Source: Mobula hypostoma
Taxonomy: Eukaryota
Length of the DNA: 64,000 nt
Direction: 5' to 3'
Assembly: GCF_963921235.1 (NCBI RefSeq)
Contig: NC_086097.1
Span: 142,230,001-142,294,000, forward strand
Shown: one piece after another, positions 40,995 to 50,599 of the stretch
How the letters are laid out: every line of letters starts with the position of its first letter
Position numbering within the stretch: the first letter of the stretch is position 1
Notes under the pieces: generated by a model
What the model saw: only the letters and a program-made list of their open reading frames with translations
Told to the model about the DNA's origin: nothing
The model's database searches: none
Translations under genes and position numbers: made by a program

Positions 40995-42766
40995 CACACA
41001 TCAAAGTTGCTGGCGAACGCAGCAGGCCAGGCAGCATCTATTGGAAGAGGTACAGTCGACGTTTCGGGCCGAGACCCTTCGTCAGGACTAGTCAGGACTT
41101 CGTCAGGACCCTTCGTCTGAAAGAAGAGCTAGTAAGAGATTTGAAAGTGGGAGGGGAAGGGGGAGATCTGAAATGATAGGAGAAGACAGGAGGGGGAGGG
41201 ATGGAGCCAAGAGCTGGACAGTTGATTGGCAAAAGGGATATGAGAGGATCATGGGACAGGAGGCTTAGGGAGAAAGGGAGAGGGGGGGAAAAACCCAGAG
41301 GATGGGCAAGGGGTATAAGTGAGAGGGACAGAGGGAGAAAAAGGAGAGAAAGGAAAATAATGTGTGTATATAAATGCATAACGGATGGGGTACGAGGGGG
41401 AGGTAGGGCATTAGCAGAAGTTAGAGAAGTCAATGTTCATGCCATCAGGTTGGAGGCTACCCAGACGGAATATAAGGTGTTGTTCCTCCAACCTGAGTGT
41501 GGCTTCATCTTTACAGTAGAGGAGGCCGTGGATAGACATGTCAGAATGGGAATGGGATGTGGAATTAAAATGTGTGGCCACTGGGAGATCCTGCTTTCTC
41601 TGGTGGACAGAGCGTAGGTGTTCAGCAAAATGATCTCCCAGTCTGCATCGGGTCTCGCCAATATATAGAAGGCCACATCGAGAGCACTGGATGCAATATA
41701 TCACCCCAGCCGACTCACAGGTGAAGCCTCGCCTCACCTGGAAGGACTGTCTGGGGCCCTGAATGGTGGTAAGGGAGGAAGTGTAAGGGCATGTGTAGCA
41801 CTTGTTCCGCTTGCAAGGATAAGTGCCAGGAGGGAGATCGGTGGGGAGGGATGGGGGGGGACGAATCGACAAGGGAGTCAAAGAGGGAGTGATCCCTATG
41901 GAAAGCGGGGGGGGGGGGAGGGAGGAGGGAAAGATGTGCTTAGTGGTGGGATTCCGTTGGAGGTGGTGGGATTCCGTTGGTGGTGGTGGAAGTTACAGAG
42001 AATAATATGTTGGACCCGAGGCTGGTGGGGTGGTAGGTGAGGACAAGGGGAACCCTATTCCTAATGGGGTGGTGGGAGGCTGAAGTGAGAGCAAATGTGC
42101 GTGAAATGGGCAAGACCCGACACAGACTGGAAGATCGTTTTGCTGAACACCTACACTCTATCTGCCAGAGAATGCAGGATCTCCCAGTGGCCACACATTT
42201 TAATTCCACGTCCCATTCCCATGCTGATATGTCTATTCACGGCCTCCTCTACTGTCAAGATGGAGCCACACTCAGGTTGGAGGAACACCACCTTATATCT
42301 TCTGTCTGGGTAGGCTCTAACCTGATGGCATGAACACTGACTTCTCAAACTTCTGCTAATGCCCCACCTCCCCCTCATACCCCATCCGTTAATCATTTAT
42401 ATACACATTCTTTTTCTCTCTCTCCTTTTTCTCTCTCTGTCCCTCTCACTTATACCCCTTGCCCATCCATTGGGTTCCCCCCCCCTTGCTTTCTCCCTAG
42501 GCCTCCTGTCCCATGATCCTCTCATATCCCTCTTGCCAATCAACTGTCCAGCTCTTGGCTCCATCCCTCCCCCTCCTGACTTCTCGTATCATTTCAGATC
42601 TCCCCCTCCCAAATCTCTAACTAGCTCTTCTTTCAGTTAGACCTGACGAAGGGTCTCGACCCAAAACGTCGACTGTACCTCTTCCAATAGATGTTGCCTG
42701 GCCTGCTGCGTTCACCAGCAACTTTGATGTGTGTTGCTTGAATTTCCAGCACCTGCAGATTTTCTC
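40995..42766. mobile_element. Penelope-like element with inverted terminal arms and GIY-YIG endonuclease coding region
   Basis: ORF 41411-41881 (-) has CKRNKCYTC, VIYCIQCSRCGLLYIGET, HF..H, VATHFN; arms ~40995-41660 and ~42111-42733 are reverse complements; 10-bp TSD GTGGCTGTGG at 40985-40994 and 42767-42776. Confidence 0.92.
41053..41090 (-). ncRNA. Minimal type-I hammerhead ribozyme motif, sense to MAP4 pre-mRNA
   Basis: Minus strand tagtc-CTGACGA-a-gggtctcggccc-GAAA-cg-TC^-gactg; all core positions present. Confidence 0.72.
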
Positions 42767-43118
42767 GTGGCTGTGGTTTCATATTCCCCCCCTCCCCCCA
42801 ATAATAGACTATACTGAGCTCCGAGGTATGTTCAGTGCCTTTGAGGTGTACCCTTCCTTAATTTGTGCTTCTCTATTATTTCCCTGCATTGTCATGAATG
42901 CTCTTTTCACTTCATTTTGGTTTAGTCTGTTGAATATCGCAGAATTAGATTTATTATCACCAGTATGTGCCATGTAATTTGTTAAGCAGCAGTTCAATAC
43001 ATGGTAACATAGAAATAAACAAATTTTTATATGTAAATTTATTTTTTATTTCTGTAATATCATGTATTGCATTGAACTGCTAAGTTAGCAAATTTCATTA
43101 CACATGCTGGTAATAATA

Positions 43119-43835
43119 ACAACCTCTTCCTCAACGTCACGAAAACAAAGGAGCTGGTTGTGGATTACAGAAGGAATGGAGGCGGGCTAACCCCTACTGA
43201 CGCCAATGGATCTGGGGTTGAGAGGGTAAACAGCTTCAAGTTCCTCAGCATCCACATCACCCAGGACCTCACGTGGTCTGTACACACCAGCTGTGTGGTG
43301 AAAAGGGCACAACAGCACCTCTTTCACCTCAGACAGTTGAGGAAGTTTGGTATAGGCTCCCAAATCCTAAAAACTTTCTACAGGGGCACAATTGAGAGCA
43401 TCCTGACTGACTGCATCACGGCCTGGTGTGGGAATTGTACCTCCCTTCATCGCAGGACTCTGCAGAGAGTGGTATGGACAATCCAGTGCATCTCTAGATG
43501 GGAACTTCCCATGATTCAGAACATTTACAAGGACAGGTGTGTAGGATCATCGGGGAACCAAACTGTCCCAACCACAATCTATTCCAGCTGCTACCATCTA
43601 GGAAGCGGTACCGCAGCATAAAAGCCAGGACCAACAGGCTCCGGGGCAGCTTCTTCCACCAGGTCATCAAACTGATGAACTCAAGCTAATTTGAATGTCC
43701 TCTATATTACATTGATTATTCTATTTATTATAAATTACTATGATTGCACATTTAGATGGAGACGTAAAGATTTTTACTCATGTATGTGAAGGATGTAAGA
43801 AATAAAGTCAATTCAACATTAAAAAAGTCAACATT
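43119..43835 (+). mobile_element. Rex1/Babar 3' fragment
   Basis: NNLFLNVTKTKELVVDYRR, FKFLSIHITQDLTWS, LLPSRKRYRSIK; aataaagtcaattcaa tail. Confidence 0.9.
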
Positions 43836-43989
43836 AATAAATTTGATTCTGCGATATTCAACAAACCAAACCAAAATGAAGACAAAAGAGCATTCATGAC
43901 GAGGCAGGGAAACGATAATAGAGAAGCACAAATCTGGGAAAGGGTACAAGTTCATCTTAACGGCACTGAACGTACCTTGAAGAAATAAT

Positions 43990-44400
43990 GTCTATTAAAA
44001 AAAGTGAGACAGCGTTCATGGGTTCAATATCCATTTAGGAATCGTATAGCAAAGGGGTAAAAGCTGTTCATGAATTGTTGCATGTGTACCTCCCTCCTGA
44101 TGGTAGCAATGAGAAGAGGGCATGCCCTGGGTGATGGGGGTCCTGAATAATGGATGTCGCCTTTCTGAGGCACCGCTCCTTGAAGATGTCTTGAGTACTA
44201 CAGAGACTAGTACCCAAGATGGAGCTGACTAATGTAACAACTTTCTGTAGCTTCTTTCAGTCCTGTGCAGTGACACCACTCCCCCCCGCCCCCCGAACGG
44301 TACCAGACAGTGACGCAGCCTGAATGCTCTCCATGGTGCATTTATAGAAGCTTGAGTGTTTTAGATGAAACACCAAATCTCTTCAAACCTCTTCTACCAT
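43990..44400 (-). mobile_element. Rex1/Babar 3' fragment, older
   Basis: Reverse complement resembles ..ATSIIQDPHHPGHALFSLLPSGR. Confidence 0.7.
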
Positions 44401-45385
44401 ACTACTGGGCCTTAGACAGAGGGAGTGTTTTCTCCCCCCTTATGTGATACTCCAATTTTCTACATCAACAAATTGGGTAAGTGGGTAAGGTACCCACTCA
44501 AAAGTTAGCGCAGCAATCACAAAAAGGATGAATACTTTTTCACCCTCACAATTTTGTTGTTTTTTTTTAATTTTTAGTAAATTTTTGGTGGAATTTTTCT
44601 TTTGATTTGACAAGATGCACAATGTTTTGTAGGTTAGCTCAAAAAATCCTACTTCAATACATTTTAAATGTAGAAAATAAGACAGTAAGATGTGAAAATA
44701 GGTTTTTCAAGGCACTGTCTTCCATTTTATTCATCCATAACCACTGTAATCCCTGTTAAATAGCACCCTTTTTTAAAATATAAAAATCTCTAATATAATT
44801 AAAGCACTATACAGAAAAATATTGTTGTGGAGTTCAAATTAGTGCATTGCTCAGCTTTGAAAATGTTTAAAATCTGTAACACTGCTCTTTCAAAAACACA
44901 AAAAAAACAGAATACATGTCAATGGCTCAACTGATTAAAGAGTACTCATTAGTCAGAAGAGCAAACTAACTCATTTTGTAAGAACTCACTAATGCAGCTT
45001 TAGGAGCATAGCCAGCAGCTTCAGAAGATCCTGGGTTTAAAGGGGAAAATATGCTAAGTGCTTTTGGATCTACTGATTTTCAGTGTCCTTCAATGAAATT
45101 GAACCATGCACTCACAGGCCAAGACAGGCAAACATCCTACCTCAAGGCCCAGAGGGCAAAATAATTTGGTCATTCATTGTTTCCACATTCATAATGATCA
45201 ACTAGAAGAGGTTAAAGGCATGTTTTGAATCTTACTCTAATAAGAATCAGAAGAAAACTGATAGAGTATAGTTTTCTTTTTCACAAAATCTCTTTCCCAA
45301 GACAAGGAACAACAGGTCCAAAATTGTTAGCGAGGATTTCCCACATGGATTCCTGTTGATATGGAAGTTTCCAGTTCAAACATAC

Positions 45386-45454
45386 CTGTGCTACCTGTTT
45401 CACCATGTTCCCCATTGGGCAGCTCACCTGGTCCTTGCTCACTTGCTGCAGAAC
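45386..45454 (-). CDS. map4: MAP4 second coding exon (69 nt, phase 1-1)
   Basis: Acceptor aaattttacag|GT, donor CAG|gtatgt; open in frame with the previous exon: (R)SAASEQGPGELPNGEHGETGST. LPNGEHG resembles the LANGGHG motif of the corresponding 69-nt human exon (from memory). Not in the ORF track. Confidence 0.88.
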
Positions 45455-45564
45455 CTGTAAAATTTCACGTACAATTATCAGTTACTGCAAAACATGAATA
45501 GCATGGCACAGCGCATGCTCAATATAGTCCTTAAAATAGTGAAGGCTCTACCAGGTATTAAATA

Positions 45565-46020
45565 CCATAAAACACAGGAGCACAATTAAGCCATTCGGCC
45601 CATTGAGTCTGCTCCACCATTCCATCATGGCTGATCCTGGATCCCACTCAACCCCATACACCTGCCTTCCCGCCATATCCTTTGATGCCCTGACTGATAG
45701 GAAACTATCAACTTTTGCCTTAAATATATCAACTTCTGCCTTAAATATACCCATGGACTTGGCCTCCACTGCTGTCTGTGGCAGAGAATTCCACAGATAA
45801 TAGGAGGGTCCACATAATTTTTGAACCTAGACTGTGATGATCGTTTAAATGGTGCGCTCAGTATTGACAAATAGTACAATTGTTTGTGTGTTATTAGTTT
45901 AGGCAGATCATATTTGTTTACTATTGTGACTTAGATGAAGATCAGACCACATTTTATCAACAATTAATGCAGAAAATCAGATAAATGCAAAGGGTTCACA
46001 AACTTTTTCTTGCAAATGTA
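45565..46020. mobile_element. CR1 3' tail (-, 45565-45797) fused to a Tc1 terminal inverted repeat (45798-46020)
   Basis: LWNSLPQTAVEAKSMGIFKAEVD; Tc1 end gggttcacaaactttttcttgcaaatgta. Confidence 0.7.
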
Positions 46021-48109
46021 CGTTCTCTCCATAACTCTGCAAATTTCTTCCAGGTGCTCCAATTCCTTCCTACATTCCAAAGTCTTACAGGTTCATAGAT
46101 TAATTGGTCACATAGATGTAATTAGTCAGCCATAGACTAAACTGGAAGGGCCTGTTACCACGCAATATCTCTAAATAAATAATCCTCCACTAGAAGTGAC
46201 AACATCAAATCTTGAGGGCCACAGCTCCTTCTCCAAAACATATTCTTCTCGTCCCTCTACCAATACTATTCATACCTCACCTCTCCAAATGGGTTGCTTG
46301 GTTCAGTCTGGTCATGACTTTCTGAGTGCACTTGAAGTGCAAGAGATCACTTTATCAAGAAAAATTGGTCATTAGATGAGGGCTCAGCAAGTTAAACCCA
46401 AACAGCAAAGTAAATTCAGTCAGGCTGAAATCACCAAAGCTAGGAATACATATACAACAGTATTAAGATAATTTCAGTTGAAGCGCTATAATGGCTTCTG
46501 TGCAGTTGAGCTAAGGAGTGACAAAACAATTCCAAGGTTTAGATTCATCATATCTGGTGACCTGCTAACAAAGCAATGGATCTGGCTTAGATAATCTCAG
46601 CCAAGACAAAAATGGCAAGTGTGCATTAAAAGTATTTCATGGTCAATGATGGGAAGACAGCTGCAAAATGTCCAATGGCTCTGCAATTAAACCATGAAAA
46701 AACTTTGGAAAGAATGCTGCACGAATGCGATCATCCTTGTGCACTAACACTGCTGTAACAGGTATTGCATGCTGATGTCAAATTTTGTTATTATTTCTCT
46801 ACACAAATCTCTGTTCTCAAGCTCACCCATGATCAGAGATCCCAGTGAGGAGCTATTCTCATGAAAACCAATGAAAGCATCATTAACTAGGAAAAGCCAG
46901 TCTTCATTTGCTCTCATTTGTGCCAAATGACCCACAGCCAGTGAGTCACTTCAAAGGGAAGCTCTCAAAGCTAAAAAGAGAGAATGAAGCAAATAACAGA
47001 ACCACTACCAACAGGCAGCTGACCTGCAAAGAAATGTCTACACTTTCTTTGGCCAAGTCTGTGGTTCCAAGATTTGAGTCATTTCAGTATCTACGATGTG
47101 GTTGGTACAAATCATTTTCAAACCAAGTGAATACTTATGAGGACAACAACACATAGAATCATTAATATTCTCTCTCAAAATACTGCTGATGCTGTAACAG
47201 CTGACATTTGACGAATAGGGTTTTTATTAAATAATGATATCGTGGGATGTGAAACAAAGAGCATGATTCAACTGAATGTCAAAGGGCTAAGCTGGTTGGA
47301 AAAAAAACTGATGGAAATCCAAAACAAAGGTAATATTAGAAGCACTCAGCAGGTCAAGCAGCATCAGTGGAAAGAGAAACTGCCAACATTTTGAGATCAG
47401 GGACTCTTCATCAGAACTATGAAAGTGAGTATTGTTTTCTTATTTTCATACTTGGAAATTAAATCTGTATTCAGAACCTTGTACAGTTAAATGAACTGTA
47501 AATGATTGACAAGAGTAACAGATGTACATTGAACAGCCGTTTTTCATTTCCATCTATGCCTTCAGGTAATCATTCAAGATTCAAATTTGTTTATTGTCAT
47601 TCTTCAAAACGTGTAAAGGAAAGTGAAATGATTGTTACTGCAAATCTGATGCAAAATAAGCATAAAGAGCTCAATAATAATAAAAACACAATATTTACAA
47701 ATATAAAAGCTATCCTATAAAACAATGTACAAGTTTGAATATATCCATATATACAAAGATTAGCTTATATATATTGATTGTATGTACATAAAATGACGCT
47801 AGATGCAGGAGTATCTGTACATAAGGTACTGACAGGAAATGATAAAGTGACAGTGATTCTTGGTAAGAGGAAATCTTCTAGGTAGCAGCAGGGCATATGG
47901 AAATAGGACAGTGACTGTGTCAGTGTAGGTACAAGATGTGGAGCGCAAGTGAAATCATGCAATTGTACTACTTTTTAGTGTCTATTACAAGACAGCCTGC
48001 TGCATAAAGATGTTCATAAGCAATCAAATTACAAGATTCAATAAACAAGTGCTACAGTTAGGTTTCAATACATAGCCAAACCCAAGGCTTATATCATCCA
48101 CACACTCAC

Positions 48110-48368
48110 GTTCTGCCAATTGTCCGCCAGCTTCTCGTTCGGGTACAGTGTCGCTACACAAATTTCCCACTGCTTTCCCTTCAGCCTCTGAAGGGGACAA
48201 TTTTGTCTCATCATCCAGCAATGGAACATAACTTTCTTTTGTCACGCTTTCTCCAACAACATCATCATATTTCTCTGCCTCCAGAGAAGAAAGGAAATCT
48301 CTTTTAACTTCCAATTCAACACTGGGTGTACTTTCATGTAGTGCATCAACCAGATCGAGGTCAGCCAT
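48110..48368 (-). CDS. map4: MAP4 first coding exon (exon 48386-48110; 18 nt 5'UTR, ATG at 48368, 259 coding nt, phase-1 donor)
   Basis: Translation MADLDLVDALHESTPSVELEVKRDFLSSLEAEKYDDVVGESVTKESYVPLLDDE closely matches the vertebrate MAP4 N-terminus as I recall it (human [52 protein letters not shown]). Acceptor ttctttttgtcttctttcag|GACACAG; Kozak-like AAGATGG; donor AAC|gtgagt at 48110/48109. Confidence 0.93.
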
Positions 48369-48987
48369 CTTAAGTACAACTGTGTCCTGAAAGAAGACAA
48401 AAAGAAAGCTTAATATTTTATCAAATGATATATTATGGAAATTGCTTTCTCAAAGAAATTATCACTATTTAAACATTTGGCAATGTATCTACTTAGCAAG
48501 CATGCAAGGGTGGCAACAATATATGTGGTTTTACAAATCCAACAGTGGTACTCCTATCCATATATAAATAATGGATATTGACAGTGCTGCATCAACCAAT
48601 GAGCTAGCATTGAGCCAGGGTATTTGACTTGCAACGAAATAGGATTGTTATACTGTAGACCAAATCAATTTACTGAAGAAAACAACTTTTTTTTTAAAAA
48701 ACTGTGGACAGTTACATATGAATCACATACACAAAACCTTGACTGACAATAGAATTAATCAATCAGATCCACTCTGGCTGGACATTGCTCTTACCATATG
48801 CAGCTTTTAGTCAAATATTTCCTTTTATATTTATGTTTCTTTCTTACTGGACCTTCCTCAACAAGTTACAAAGCAGAGATAATACTGAACAAGCTGCTCT
48901 CATTTCTGATTGCACTTTTCTCTATCATTCTCTCAAGTCAGAGGGAAAAAAAAAGAGTGGAAAACCTGATTTGATTTGAATTGTAAG

Positions 48988-49562
48988 CAACACACACCAA
49001 ATTCTAGAGGAACTCAGTAGGCGAGGTAGCAAATCAATGTTTCGGCTGAGACCCTTCAGCAGGACTGAAAAAAAGATGAGCAGTAGATTTAAAAGTTGGG
49101 GAGAGGGGAGGGAAAAACACAAGATGATAGGTAAAACCTGGAGGGGGAGGGATAAAGTAAAGAGCTGGGAAGTTGATTGGTGAAAAAGATATGGGGCTGG
49201 AGAATGGGGAATCTAATAGGAGAGGACAGAAGTTCATGGAAGAAAGAAAGGGGGGAGGAGGAGCACTAGAGGGAGGTGATAGGCAGGCAAGGAGATAAAG
49301 TGAGAGAGGAAAAAGGGGACAGGGAATTTTTTGGGGGGGGTGAAAGAGAGAGAGAGAGAGAGAGAGAATGAGAATGAGAATGTGAATGAATGAATGAATG
49401 AATGAATGAATGAATGAATGACCGGAAGTTCCAGAGATCAATGTTCATGCCATCAGGTTGGAGGCTACTCAAACGGAATACAAGGTGTTCTTCCTCCACC
49501 CTAAGTGTGGCCTTATCGCAACAATACAGGCGGCCATGGATTGATGTATCGGAATAGGAATG
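48988..49562 (-). mobile_element. Penelope-like 3' fragment containing a (GA)n/(TGAA)n microsatellite at 49345-49421
   Basis: SDTSIHGRLYCCDKATLRVEEEHLVFRLSSLQPDGMNID; same terminus as other copies. Confidence 0.85.
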
Positions 49563-49739
49563 AAAGTTTCTTGTTTGTTGATTTGAATTGTCCAAGAATA
49601 AATAAATAAAAATATATAAATAAAAGATTAAAAAATACTAATGGTAGACTAAATATAATGCCCTGTATGACAGCTTGTTTCAAAACTAGCAAAGTTTATC
49701 CATTCTACAATGGCTCCAATTCACCATGTGAAATTTGAA

Positions 49740-50150
49740 TCACGAAGAAGGCGCTTCAGCAGCAACACTTCATTGGGAGTTTGAGGATATTTGGTATGTC
49801 ACCAAAGACTAACAAATTTCTACAGTTATACTGTGGAGAGCATTCTGACTGGTTGCATCATTGCCTGACATGAAGGCTCCAATGCACTGGATTGAAAGAG
49901 CATTGTGGACCTTACCAGCTCTATCATGGGCACTAACATCCCCACCACTGAAAGCATCTTCAAAAGGCAGTGTTTCAAGAAGGCTGCATCCATTATTTAG
50001 AAACAATCACCATCAAGGACCCACCCTCTTCTCATTACTACAATCATGGAGGTGGTACAGGAGCCTGAAGACACAGAAGAGCTTCTTTCCCTCTACCAAC
50101 CGATGAACACTACATCACTATTCTTTTTTGTACTAGTGATAATAAACCTA
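49740..50150 (+). mobile_element. Rex1/Babar 3' fragment, decayed
   Basis: LTNFYSYTVESILTGCII; aataaacc tail. Confidence 0.7.
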
Positions 50151-50599
50151 ACCATCTTTAAAATGTGAACAGCAGCCGATTTTCTGCATCGTCTGTCTGT
50201 ACCTAGTCAGTATTTACTTGGATTCATCCATACTTAGCTCAACGCCTTGCACGTAATTCTATACTTCACCAATTCTTCCTCTATGTTACTAATTCTTTTA
50301 TTTCGAAGTTGCAAAATACTGTTTTGGTGCACTTTCACAGGCCATTCTTCTGTACCTCACCCAAAAGTCCCAAATCAGAAGACCATCAGGTACACACCTC
50401 ATTCTAGAGATTCAGACATTTAATTACTCTGGTATAATATGATGAAAATGTCATCACCTTTATTAAAAATATTATTCAAAGCTTCTAAAGTTTTGGTCAT
50501 AATCTTAAAACACCTGTTGACTTGGTCTATAAGTCCTGTGCACACCAAAGATTTGGGATTTATAATCTCGTGAAAAGATGACACAGCAACTCACAACAA

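Larger units (their letters stand above)
39996..44717 (-). mobile_element. Tc1 transposon with both ends, carrying nested Penelope and Rex1 insertions
   Basis: Left TA|cagtgctttgtaaaagtattca; right ..tttttcaaggcactg (44717); inner DRs near 40175 and 44527; transposase remnants on the minus strand (SKALNIPRSSV at ~42810-42845). Confidence 0.78.

Noticed and set aside
45706..45747. 21-bp tandem duplication
   Set aside because: Simple slippage inside a CR1 tail.
48024..48109. C-terminal part of ORF 48024..48368 (ECVDDISLG...)
   Set aside because: Lies past the strong AAC|gtgagt donor; intron read-through.
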